A DNA stretch of 64,000 nt from Pelagomonas calceolata (taxonomy: Eukaryota). The position numbers and the translations under genes are program-made. Positions within the stretch are counted from its first letter, which is position 1. Each line of letters opens with the position of its first letter. This document shows positions 10,454 through 20,285 of the stretch, piece by piece. The stretch is from positions 4,712,001 through 4,776,000 of the forward strand of contig CAKKNE010000002.1 in assembly GCA_918797485.1 (NCBI GenBank). The letters are read 5' to 3'. The notes below the pieces were generated by a model that did no database searches, was not told the DNA's origin, and saw only the letters and a list, made by a program, of their open reading frames with translations.

Positions 10454-12112
10454 ATGACGGGCGACGGCGACCTCGCGACGCTCCTCGTCACCTTTGGGGT
10501 GGTCTTCGTTGGCGTGCTCTCGGTCGCCTACTTGTTTGGCACGAAACCCGCGAAGGCGCCCGTCAAGAAGGCTAAAAGGAGAGAGAAGAAGCAATCTCCA
10601 CCACCGAAACCGAAGAAGAACGGCCACGTCGCTGAACCGTCAGGGTCGGCCGGCGCCGGTGCACCTAGACAGCCGCAAAAGCAGACCTCCCAACCGAAGC
10701 GCAAGCGCAACAAGAAGAAGAAGAGCCAGAGCCCGCCGCCGCCCCAGGAGCCCGTAGCTCCGGAGCCCGTAGCCCCAGAGCCCGTGGTAGAAGATAACAC
10801 AGACGACGGGTGGACGGTGGTCGCGGAGGAGAAGCCTCGCCGGAAGAAGGAGAAGAAACCGACGGTGGTGCAGCAGCCCGACGTCGATGTGGTGGAATGT
10901 GGTGGTGGCGCTGCCGCTGTGGTGGGTCGCGGTGGCGAGACGATTAAGCGTATAGAAACTTCGACGGGTGCGAAACTGAATCTCGACAAGAAGAACCAGA
11001 CCTGTGAGATCACGGGCGATGCTGACAGTAGGAAGAAGGCCAAGGCTCTCGTGTTAGAAGCGCTAGAAAAAAGTGGTCATGGGCCGAACGCGCCCCGGAC
11101 GACGTCTTGTCAAGTGGACGGCGGTTCTAACGTAAATAAGGTCATCGGTTCGGGCGGTTCGACCATCAAGTACATCCAGGAGACGTCCGGTGCGAAGGTA
11201 GACACTGGGAGAGAATCCTCCATGATTACTATAAGTGGTACACAGCAACAGATCAGCGAAGCACGAACACTGGTAGAACGAGCCCTGAAGGGCGAGGACG
11301 TCGCGGCAGCGACGTCGCACACCATAGATTTGGGAGCGCGAGGCGCCCGGATACTTGTGGGGAAGCAAGGCGCGGCCATAAAAGTACTCAGAGAAAATCA
11401 CCCGGTCCGATTTGATGTAAGAAGGGGCGACGGCCGCGGCACGTCGCGGGACACGTGTATTATTTCGGGAGACGCGGACGAGGTCACGGAAGCAGTAGTC
11501 GCGCTGAATGCGTTGCTTAGTGATCACTCCTCGTCAGAAACTTTAACGTTGGCCTGTCGAGTCGGCGCCATCCTAGGGAAAGGTGGTTCCACAATAACGA
11601 AGATCCAGGACGCGTCCGGCGCCGATCTGGATGTCCAAGCTCAGGGTGCTGATGAGTGTGTCGTGAAAGTGACAGGTACAAATGCGCAAGTCGCCGCCGC
11701 CAAACGACTAGTGTTGAAAGCCTGCGAGGCGTCGAAGGCGCCGCCTCCTGTGCCGCCTGGCGAGGTTCGGGAGACGCTGCCGGTGCCCGATAGTTGTAGA
11801 GGCGCGGTGGTCGGTCGGGGCGGCGCGACGATCTCCGCCATCCAGAGCGAGACCGGTGCTCGCTTAGATTTGGTCGACGGTGCTGATGGTACCGGATCGT
11901 GCGTGATCACGGGTAAAAAAGACGCGGTCGCCGACGCGTTGGAACGGGTGAAGACCGCGGTCGAAAAGCACGAAGCCATCGCCGCGCGGGACGCGGCGCG
12001 CCGCGCGCCGGCGCCCGCGGAGGGCGAGGGCGGCGCGGGCTTTGACGCGGTGGCAGCGTCCGCCGACGACGCGTGGGCGACGCCCGAGGGCGAGGACGCG
12101 TGGGGCGCCTAG
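10454..12112 (+). CDS. Membrane-anchored protein with five KH RNA-binding domains
   Basis: N-terminal hydrophobic helix; GxxG loops VVGRGG, VIGSGG, LVGKQG, ILGKGG, VVGRGG; first in-frame ATG at 10454. Confidence 0.85.
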   Translation: MTGDGDLATLLVTFGVVFVGVLSVAYLFGTKPAKAPVKKAKRREKKQSPPPKPKKNGHVAEPSGSAGAGAPRQPQKQTSQPKRKRNKKKKSQSPPPPQEPVAPEPVAPEPVVEDNTDDGWTVVAEEKPRRKKEKKPTVVQQPDVDVVECGGGAAAVVGRGGETIKRIETSTGAKLNLDKKNQTCEITGDADSRKKAKALVLEALEKSGHGPNAPRTTSCQVDGGSNVNKVIGSGGSTIKYIQETSGAKVDTGRESSMITISGTQQQISEARTLVERALKGEDVAAATSHTIDLGARGARILVGKQGAAIKVLRENHPVRFDVRRGDGRGTSRDTCIISGDADEVTEAVVALNALLSDHSSSETLTLACRVGAILGKGGSTITKIQDASGADLDVQAQGADECVVKVTGTNAQVAAAKRLVLKACEASKAPPPVPPGEVRETLPVPDSCRGAVVGRGGATISAIQSETGARLDLVDGADGTGSCVITGKKDAVADALERVKTAVEKHEAIAARDAARRAPAPAEGEGGAGFDAVAASADDAWATPEGEDAWGA

Positions 12113-12283
12113 GAGCCTGCTCCTGCCGTGACTGGTGCCTTGCTTCTGCCGTAACTGGCGGGGGCGGGCTGCCGCGCCTAGGAGCCTGCTCCTGCCGTGA
12201 CTGGTGCCTTGCTTCTGCCGTAACTGGCGGGGGCGGGCTGCCGCGCGGTGGATGCCTGGCTTCTGCCGTGACTGGCGGAGGCA
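12105..12283 (+). repeat. 69-bp tandem repeat (2 copies plus degenerate partial) spanning the KH-gene stop
   Basis: Unit gcgcctaggagcctgctcctgccgtgactggtg... starts at 12105 and 12174. Confidence 0.9.
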
Positions 12284-12701
12284 GTTGGGTAAATACTTAT
12301 GATGATGAGTCGGCTCGGCGGCGGGGCGGGCTGCGAGTACTCGTCCTTCGCGTAGCTCCGGCCGCCCGTGCGGTCGAGCCAACGACGCGACCTCGCGTCC
12401 TCGCCTCCGTGGCTCGATGGCGTGGAGGGCGTACGCCAGATCACGGCTCCCGCGACCGAGGGCGCGCTCGTCGCGGCGGCGTCCGCGGGTCCGCAAAGGC
12501 TTGGCTTGCTCGTCGCCTTCGAGATTTGGCACCGAGAGCCGGCTTCGCAGTGCGCCATCGAGCAAACGACAGCACGCAAACGACCGCAGTCGACCGCAGT
12601 CGACCGCCCCACCACCGTGCAGCCCTTGAAGGGCCCGGCGCGGGGCTGCACAGCACTCCAACAAAAGTGGCCTCTGCTTTTCTGCGGGAAATTATCCTAC
12701 G

Positions 12702-14530
12702 ATGACGCCGAACCGCCTGTTGTGCGGCGTCCTGCTCGCCGCCAGCCTCCACTGCGCGCGGGGCAACGCGCACGAGCCGACGCGCGCACCCACTACACAA
12801 GCCGCGGCGCCGACGCCGCGCCCGACCATGACAGACCGCCGCGGCGGGGACGCGGCCGAGATTCCGGTGCGCGCCGCGGCCTTCGCCGCCGCGGGGTTCG
12901 CCGCGCTGGGCCTCATCGCGGCCGCGGTCTGGCACGAGTCCCGCGTCGAGCGAGTGGGGCCTTCGTCGCCGAGCCTCCCGCGCGGGCTCGCTCGGAAGCG
13001 CTGCGGGACGCCGCGGCTCGGCTGGCATGCGTGGACGCCGCGCCTCGCCCAGCCGCGCGCGCCGCGCGGCCGCCTCCTCCCGTCGCGCTCCCGCGTCCGC
13101 CCGACCGCCACCATCACCGTCACCGCACAGGTACCGCCCCAAGGCCGCCAAGAAGACCTACGCCAACCAACTCCCGACGCACACCAAGGGCCAGGCTTCA
13201 CAATTAGTAAAACAAGTGAGAAGACACCAACGCCGCAATACGCCGCCCGACGCGGGGAGCTACTTCCGGCGCCGCCGCCGCCGCGTCTTCGACTGGATTA
13301 ATAATGTTGCGAGGTGGACGTCGGACGGCCCCGAGGAACGCGAGGACGGGTCCCAGCGGGTCCTCCGGCACTACCGCCGCAACCACCTGTCCCTAGAAAC
13401 TTTATCGGCACCACTACCTCTGGGCGAAACATCAAAACAACTCCAGCAAGCCTTGAGTGAAGCTACGTATGCCCCATACCAAACGCGGGTCGACGCCTTC
13501 CAGAAGGCGATGGATTCTACAAGAGTCTCGTGGGAAGTCGGCCGCGTCGAACTACGCATTAGGAGACACCACTGTTTGGTAGACGCCGCAAAGGCCCTCC
13601 AAGACCTACCGTCCCACAAGTGGCGGGAGCCCTGGTACGTCACGTTCGCGAACGAAAGTGCCCTCGACGCGGGCGGTCCCTCGCGCGAGTTTTTTCGTTT
13701 GGTCTCGAAGGATCTGGCGTCCTCCGGCTTGTTCTCTATTGCACATGATGAAAGCTACGCGTTGAAAGCGGACGCCGTGCTATCGGACAAGTTTCCGCGC
13801 GCTCACGAGATGCTGCTGTTGGCGGGCCGATTGTGCGGCAAGGCGCTGCTCGAGGGCCACCATCTGGAACATCTTAGATTGAATCCCATCTTGCTGAAGC
13901 ATGTCGTCGCCGAACCGTTGTCATTGAAAGACCTCGCGTTGTTGGACGGGGACCTCGCCCGGGGTCTCGACGCGTTGCTGAATATGGATCCAGATGACGT
14001 GCCGTCGTTGTGTCTGACGTGGTCCGTGTCCGACGATTTGGATGTGGATGACAAGAAGTGGACGCGCGACCTCGTGCCGAACGGGTCCGAGATTCCGGTT
14101 GCGAGCGTGCGGAAATCGAATTTCGGGCGCCTGCTCGATGGCGTGGAAGTTCTACGCCATCGACGCGGCGTTGCCCCCGTTACCACGGTTCCACGCAGGT
14201 CACCGGCAAAGACGCGCGGGGCTTCGTCGCGGCCCGTTTCTTAGACGCGTGCTTCGCGAAGAGCGCTGATGGTTTGAGAAGCTTCCTCGGGGGTTTATAC
14301 GACGTCGTCCAGCCGGAAGCGTTGATGTTATTAAGCGCGCGCGAGCTGGAACTGCAGCTCTGCGGCGCGGCCGTCATCGACGTGAAAGCCTGGAAAAGAA
14401 GTTGTGTCTACAGGGGCGACTTCGACGTCCAGAGGGGCAACCCCTTCGCGCCGCTGCATCCGGTCGTGCAGTACTTTTGGGATGAGGTGGAATCGTGGTC
14501 CGACGAGCAGCGCGCGCTTTTGTTGCTGTG
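12702..14530 (+). CDS. Signal peptide + transmembrane HECT E3 ligase, 3'-truncated; exons 12702-12937, 13131-14097, 14199-14530
   Basis: HECT motifs FANESALDAGGPSREFF, LAGRLCGKALL, DLVPNGSEIPVT, ELELQLCG, VQYFW; introns restore the frame; catalytic C-lobe end not found. Confidence 0.75.
14106..14198 (+). mobile_element. Degenerate introner in HECT gene (intron 14098-14198)
   Basis: Ends cgtgcggaaatcgaatttcgggcgcc ... ttccacgcag; internal tcgatggcgtgga and cgccatcgacgcg; TSD only 4/8. Confidence 0.75.
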
Positions 14531-14538
14531 GTGCACGG

Positions 14539-14744
14539 CTGTGTGGAAATCAACCAGTGCGTCGGGGGCACCTGACGCCATGTTCGAGGCGGGTCCCGTG
14601 TTTGCGACGGCACGCGATGGAGGGGCGTTCAGCGCCAGTGTGTGAGTTCAGGGGGTGTAGGGGGTTAATACTCACGAATTTGCGGCCTCGGTCTTGCGCC
14701 CAGCGGCTCGTAAGAGCTCTGCAATCCGGGAGTTTCCAACACAG
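14539..14744 (+). mobile_element. Introner left end where the HECT gene breaks off
   Basis: ctgtgtggaaatcaaccagtgcgtcggg preceded by GTGCACGG; possible right end tttccaacacag (14733-14744) but no second TSD. Confidence 0.6.
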
Positions 14745-15039
14745 ATTTTAGGCTGTGACGCCCTTTGCGGCGACCACTGGGGCCAAGGAATAGATAGAAG
14801 GAAGGTTTCCGCCCGCTGGATGTCGCGTTTGCCAACGAGGACGCTGGGAGACGCGCAAAGCTTTTAATCTCAAGTTTGCAAACCTGCTTTTTGCCCCTGC
14901 TTGGGCACCCCGCGCACGCGCGCAGGTCTTGTTGCGAAGCGTTGTACTCTGATACCTCTCTCGTACGCCGACGACGCGCCGTCGACGCGACCGTCCAAAA
15001 CCGCGCCGCGCGAGAAGACCATAGGTTAGTACATACTTA

Positions 15040-16605
15040 CTAAAGGAACTCGATGCGCCCGTCTAAACCGTCATCTTCGGACGCGAAGCCGTCGCTCCAC
15101 CCCTCCGGTAAAGGGACCGTGTCGCCGACGACCTCGGGCCCCCCAAAGAGTTTGCGCAGGCCCTTCCGCGCCAATAACCTCGACTTCTCGCGCCGAACAA
15201 TGGCCGAGAAGGCGTCGCAGCGCGCGTCGTGCGTCTCCGCATCTAGCAGCGACTGCAATTCGTGCTTCGCTGCGTGCACGGGCTCCAAGTCGTCCGCGAC
15301 GCGCGCGTCCAACGTCGTTAATGCTGCTCTCAAATCCCGCGGTAATTCAGATAAAGCTAATGTAGCAGAAGCGTCCCCCACGTCCATGCCGACCTCCGGC
15401 AATCGTCCTGTCGAGCGAAGAAAATCCAACAACCTTTCATGCAGGTCGGCATGCAACTTACGTCTAACACCAGAAGCCCTTCCATCCAGGTAAGCCAGCC
15501 ACGTCTCGGCGACGTTCCACAACGTGCCCACGCCCACGCCGCGCCCCGCACCTAAGAGTGATACGGCCTTTTCGTTAAATCTGACGTCCTCGTCCACTTC
15601 TCTTTGCAGGGCCGCGACTTCCTTCAATAACTCGAGCAGCTGCTTTTCTCTTCGAGGTAGCGGCAATTCCGTGACCGTTTCTTCGAACGTGACCTTTTCG
15701 ATACCTATCGAGTCCTGTAACGTCTTCTTCGTTCGGACGTCGAGTCTTTTCACGAGCTCGCCCAGCTCGCCCGTCGTCTGTTCCAGCGTCTTGAGTAGCG
15801 AGGCCAGCGGCGACTTCTGGGTCTCCTTCTCTTGAGGCAGGTCGACGACCTCCACACTTCTCCGGCCGCGACTCGCGAGGACCTCGCCGTCATCAGTTCG
15901 GAGACGGACCCAGCCGTTGACCACGCCTTCGACGGTACCGCTCACACCAGCGTGCTTGCCCGTCCTGACACGTACTTGCGAGCCGGCGATGACTTCACTC
16001 GGGTCGGTCTCGACATCAGCCGATTCAGACGCGACGCAGCGTAGGTAAGACGCGTCTCCCGCGGATCTAGCGACTACTTTGTCAATTCTAACACGAGATG
16101 AAGACAGTTGGTGGCGGCAGCGCCACTGGAGCCTACCTTGCGATTCGTCCCTGACGTCCTCGACTTTTTGCAACTCCATCTGGCACCCGTACCGCGCGAG
16201 GCAGGTCCGGTTCTCGGCCCGGACGCCCCAGGTCGTGATGACGCGGCGCGAGCCCGTTCTTAGCAAGTCGTCGAAGAGCTTGCTTAGTCCAGCGTCGTTC
16301 GCGGGTACGGAGACGTCGTGCGAACTGCCCGGGATCAAGGGGCCATCTAACACATATAAAGGCACGGCCTCGTCGCTCTCAAAGTCGCCGGGGACCCAGT
16401 CCTTGGGCTCGACCCAGACGGCGCGGTCGTCCTTGGGGGCGGCGAGCGGGCTGGCCGCGGCGGGCTCCTGGGGCTTGGCGGCGAGACGCGTCGTCGGCCG
16501 CGCGGGGTGCGGCCTGCCACTTCGGTGGGCCACCGGCGCCCAGCCGCTTACTGCGGCGACGAGCATCATCAGTGATGCATACTTAGATGCTCTGACTCCA
16601 GTCAT
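15040..16605 (-). CDS. Probable plastid-targeted protein with LON-N-like and KOW-like regions
   Basis: Signal-like LMMLVAAVSG-WAP; VPLYVLDGPLIPG; KOW-like GSQVRVRTGKHAGVSGTV. Confidence 0.65.
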   Translation of the reverse strand: MTGVRASKYASLMMLVAAVSGWAPVAHRSGRPHPARPTTRLAAKPQEPAAASPLAAPKDDRAVWVEPKDWVPGDFESDEAVPLYVLDGPLIPGSSHDVSVPANDAGLSKLFDDLLRTGSRRVITTWGVRAENRTCLARYGCQMELQKVEDVRDESQGRLQWRCRHQLSSSRVRIDKVVARSAGDASYLRCVASESADVETDPSEVIAGSQVRVRTGKHAGVSGTVEGVVNGWVRLRTDDGEVLASRGRRSVEVVDLPQEKETQKSPLASLLKTLEQTTGELGELVKRLDVRTKKTLQDSIGIEKVTFEETVTELPLPRREKQLLELLKEVAALQREVDEDVRFNEKAVSLLGAGRGVGVGTLWNVAETWLAYLDGRASGVRRKLHADLHERLLDFLRSTGRLPEVGMDVGDASATLALSELPRDLRAALTTLDARVADDLEPVHAAKHELQSLLDAETHDARCDAFSAIVRREKSRLLARKGLRKLFGGPEVVGDTVPLPEGWSDGFASEDDGLDGRIEFL

Positions 16606-17084
16606 CGTTGATACGCAACCGTGGCGGGCGCCAAGGCAGGGCGCGGCTCAGTGGGGCCTGGGGAGAGTTTACCGAAGCCGTGTGCTGCGGAGGTGCTCTC
16701 TCGGCGGTGTTTGTGAGTAGCCGCAAGGTGTGCGTGTCGCGGTCCTGCAACGCAAAGTCGATGCAAGGAAGCGTTTTTTGACAGCTCCGGGAGCTGCACG
16801 AGGCATACAGGGCTCCGCTCCCGGGCTTTCGCTGTGTGCTCGCGACCGTACTAGCGACAACCGTACTAGCAGCTCTCGATGCTTGGGCCGCGGCGCGAGC
16901 AGCCTCAAGAGCAAGCGCGAGCAAGCATATATATATTGTTAAAAGCCTTCTTGCAACGCCGCACAGCGCTGTGCCGACTTTGAACCGAAACGAGCCAGCA
17001 GCGGCAGCAAAAAGCACCATAGCAGCTGCAGCTCTCGCACCACGCCATCGCAGCGATTCAGCGCAAAAGTAGAACGCAGCAATC

Positions 17085-17840
17085 ATGGCCCAACTCTACG
17101 ACGCCGGCCCGCGAGCAGCCCTAGACTTAGGCGACGTCCCGGACGACGCCAGCGACGCGACGACCGAGGAGGATCCGCAAACCGTCGAAGCCTTCGTGCG
17201 CCGCATGCGTAAGGAAAGCAGGCAGCTCGGCGACGTCTTCCTGGCTGATGATGAAGCTGAGAACAGTCGGAGACGGTCGACCGCGTCCGACCTGCCCGAA
17301 ACGAAGGAGACGATGCCAGTCGAGTGGGCGCGCAGCGTGCTCGCGGACTTCTCCGACTTGCGGTTGGCGCTCGAGGCGCATGCTGCTGCTGGTGTGGGCG
17401 GCAAGAATGGACCTAGAATGCCCGTGCCGCGCCTGAAAGATAGTAGGGGCTGGCACCGTTTTTGTTTTGGGGACACGGAGGCGTGTCCCGACTCTAGTGA
17501 TGACGAAGAAGAGACAGTAGAAACACCGCAAGGCACTTTACCAAGCGTGCGGTTGTTGCTCCAGTTCGACTTCGTGATGACGCAGCGGCTCGTGGCGATG
17601 CACGTTAGGTGGTTAGATTCCTGTGCGCTGTCTCATAATAGAGCGCTGTGGCTCTACGCTCTCCTCGCTAGATTGCACAAGCCGCTGCACCGCGACACGT
17701 GTGCGGTCCTCCGGCAATTGGTGAAGCGCCTGCTGGCGCTGCGCGATTCGTGTGACGAGCCCGCGGCGCTCAACGCCCTGCTCGCGCTGGCGGGGCGCTA
17801 CTTCGACCAGGCGTCGGCGGACGAAATCGGTAGCTTCTAA
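17085..17840 (+). CDS. GEMIN2: Gemin2 / SIP1 (SMN-interacting protein)
   Basis: FVRRMRKES, FSDLR, WLYALLARLHKPL..D..AVLRQL, AGRYFDQ. Confidence 0.8.
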   Translation: MAQLYDAGPRAALDLGDVPDDASDATTEEDPQTVEAFVRRMRKESRQLGDVFLADDEAENSRRRSTASDLPETKETMPVEWARSVLADFSDLRLALEAHAAAGVGGKNGPRMPVPRLKDSRGWHRFCFGDTEACPDSSDDEEETVETPQGTLPSVRLLLQFDFVMTQRLVAMHVRWLDSCALSHNRALWLYALLARLHKPLHRDTCAVLRQLVKRLLALRDSCDEPAALNALLALAGRYFDQASADEIGSF

Positions 17841-18012
17841 GGGTGTTCTGTGTTATTTTTACATGGTCGCGGCGATGGCGTACTGGTGGGGTCAGGGCCG
17901 GGCCGCGGGCTTCGTCTGGCGCCGCCGTAGGCTATGCCGTGATGGCGGAGGCTGTCGCGCCGACGGCGTCGAGCCGCGGCGCATACAGGTCACACAAAAA
18001 GGCACGATCGCG

Positions 18013-18868
18013 TCACACAAAAGGCGGCAACAGTCGCGACGGCGTTTTCGCGGCGTAGTTCCGCCACGCGTCCCCGAACTGCTCCTCTAGGATCTTGTCC
18101 TCGCTCGCCATCCGTGGTTTGTAGAACCTCCATGCTGATAGCAGCAGTACCGCGATGGCGAGCGGCGACCCGAGACTGGCGAGGCCGCCGGCGAAGAGAA
18201 AAAGATAAGCCGTGTAGATGGGATGCCGCACGACGCGGTACGGGCCCGTCGTAACGAGTGACTCCGGCGTCACGACGCGGTCGTAGGCCCGGCCCAGCGT
18301 CCACGCGGCGCTCGCACCGATCAGCGTGCCCGCAATCCGCAACGCGAAGAGCTCTCGCGAATTGATCCACCCGCGCGCGCCGCGCCAGGCCCCGAGCCAA
18401 TGGGCCGCCCAGACGCTCAGCAGGAATTGGCCGAACTCGCCGCCGCCGGCGCCCTTCGCCGGCTCCGCGGCGCGCTCCGAGTATTTTCCGAAGCGGTATG
18501 ACCTCGGCAACGTGACCTGCGCGGACGTGTAGACTTTCATGCGGCCGCGTCGACGACGTCACGGCGACCGTGTCGTCTTGAAGCCGACTTCCCGCGCCGG
18601 TTCAGACGACTGCAAAGAATGCGAAATATTCCGTTGAGAGGCGCCAGCCGAGCGCGGGGCGGCCGCAGGCGTAGCACGGCAGCTCCACGAGCAGGCCGAC
18701 CGCGGCGGCCAATTGGACGGGCTGCAGGAGCTTTTGAGTCGGCGAGAGCGGCGTCGCGCCCGCGTCGGACTTTTTGATTGCCTCTGCCTTGCTTACAAAC
18801 CTGGCTGCCGGTAGTACAAAGGCTGCACTCACCGCAGCTATCGCGAGCAGTCTCGGTAGCATGCGCAT
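18013..18868 (-). CDS. ICMT/PEMT-family membrane methyltransferase, likely plastid-targeted; exons 18868-18611 and 18516-18013 (253 aa)
   Basis: LVTTGPYRVVRHPIY and SED..LEEQFG motifs; signal-like AAVSA-AFV; GT..CAG intron 18517-18610 restores the frame. Confidence 0.8.
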
Positions 18869-19008
18869 CGTTGCGAGCAGCTCAGGACTCACGGTGATCA
18901 TCCAAGCTGTTGCGGCCACGGGGCAGCTCAGCGATGGCGTCGATTGTGTTGGTTCCACAAATAGAGCTCCTGCGAGAGCAAGAGGCTGCCAAGAGCAGGC
19001 CCTGAGAT

Positions 19009-19035
19009 GCTTGCTAGTGCCTTACCGGCCGCTAG
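19009..19035 (+). promoter_or_regulatory. Conserved double-CTAG upstream motif, copy 2
   Basis: gcttgctagtgccttaccggccgctag, ~140 bp upstream of ATG 18868. Confidence 0.6.
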
Positions 19036-19074
19036 AAAGAATAGCACAAAACTCACAAGTTAAACAAACATAGA

Positions 19075-20025
19075 CTACCTCTTCGCCTCCGCGGCGACGG
19101 CTCCCGGCCGACGCTTCGCGCGCCGGTCGGACGCGCGGACCTTTTTGTCCTCGCGCGCCGCGGCGGAGCCGCTCTTCGCGGCGAGCTTGTGGATGTCTTG
19201 TTCCGGCGCCGCACAACCTTCCACGTCGCAGGGAAAGATCATCTGGTGGCCGTCACCGATGTACGGATCCTTCCGGTCCGCGTGGCCGTTCCTCGTCAGG
19301 CTCTGCAGCGTCTCGGTATCAGAATTGATCGACATGCGCGGGTCGAGCGGCGGCCGCACGGTCCCAAAGCAGTGCCGCTCAGTCGCCGAGCGGTACGAGT
19401 TCTGGTGGAGCGTCGAGCCGCTGTTCGTGAGGCACCGGAAGCGACACAACTCGAAATCGTCGGCCGCCTCTTTGAGAACGGCGTGGACCGCATGCTTCCG
19501 GACGAGCCGTCTCTGCTCGACGTTCCTGGGCCTCACGCAGCACGCCACGCAATTCTCGTACGTGTCGCAGCAGCTCGACGCCGCGCAGCGGTCGCACGGG
19601 TTTCCCGACGCCTGGCAGCAGCAGCCGTTCTCATCAAGGCCGTCGGGCGCGCAGACGCCGCCCCGCGAGTCGGCGACTGCGCTCGGCGACGCGCCGTACG
19701 TGTTCGCGCAGCCGGCGGCCGCGGCCGCGCGCGGCTGGCGCCGCGCCGGCGCGCCGGCGGCCGGCGGGTGGCGCACGACCGGCGGCAAGACCGGCGCGCC
19801 GCCGGCCGGCTGGTGGGGCACGACTGGCGCCGGCGGTGGCCGCGGGCGGAGCACCGCGTAGTGCGCTGCGGCCGTCATCACCAGAGCAGCTGTGAGCACT
19901 GCACCAGCAATTATTTTCAGCACGCTGCAGCGCAGGCCTCGCCTCGCGCGCGCCGCCGTGCCTCGAGGTGTTGTAGGCCTTGACAGAGGTGCTGGGGCTG
20001 CTCCCGAGAGGCGCCGCGCGGCCAT
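19075..20025 (-). CDS. SPRING1/C12orf49-like type II membrane Cys-rich protein
   Basis: TM helix, then CANT, DSRGGVC, NGCC, CCDTYENCVACC, FELCRFRCLTNSGST.HQNSY, HCF. Confidence 0.75.
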   Translation of the reverse strand: MAARRLSGAAPAPLSRPTTPRGTAARARRGLRCSVLKIIAGAVLTAALVMTAAAHYAVLRPRPPPAPVVPHQPAGGAPVLPPVVRHPPAAGAPARRQPRAAAAAGCANTYGASPSAVADSRGGVCAPDGLDENGCCCQASGNPCDRCAASSCCDTYENCVACCVRPRNVEQRRLVRKHAVHAVLKEAADDFELCRFRCLTNSGSTLHQNSYRSATERHCFGTVRPPLDPRMSINSDTETLQSLTRNGHADRKDPYIGDGHQMIFPCDVEGCAAPEQDIHKLAAKSGSAAAREDKKVRASDRRAKRRPGAVAAEAKR

Positions 20026-20285
20026 GTCAGCGGTTTTCGCACTGTATCTCGCACAGCACGCAGCGATGCGAGACTGTTCGGGTCAGCTATGCGCTGCTTG
20101 GCGCGATGCCAAAGAGCTGGCTGCCTGCCCTGTGCAGGGCCAGACTTTGCAAAGCCTGTCGTGACGCGTACGCCGCACCGATTGACGTGAGATTTTTTGC
20201 AGTGGCTTAAAGTCTCCACCGAATACAGCGTACGAATTCTGCAAGGATTTCGCAGCGTGGCCGCGCTCACTCTTGGTGCATAAGC

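Noticed and set aside
16850..16873. ctagcgacaaccgtactagcagc as an eighth promoter-motif copy
   Set aside because: Has two CTAG cores in a divergent promoter, but shorter spacing and no TGTCTTAC core
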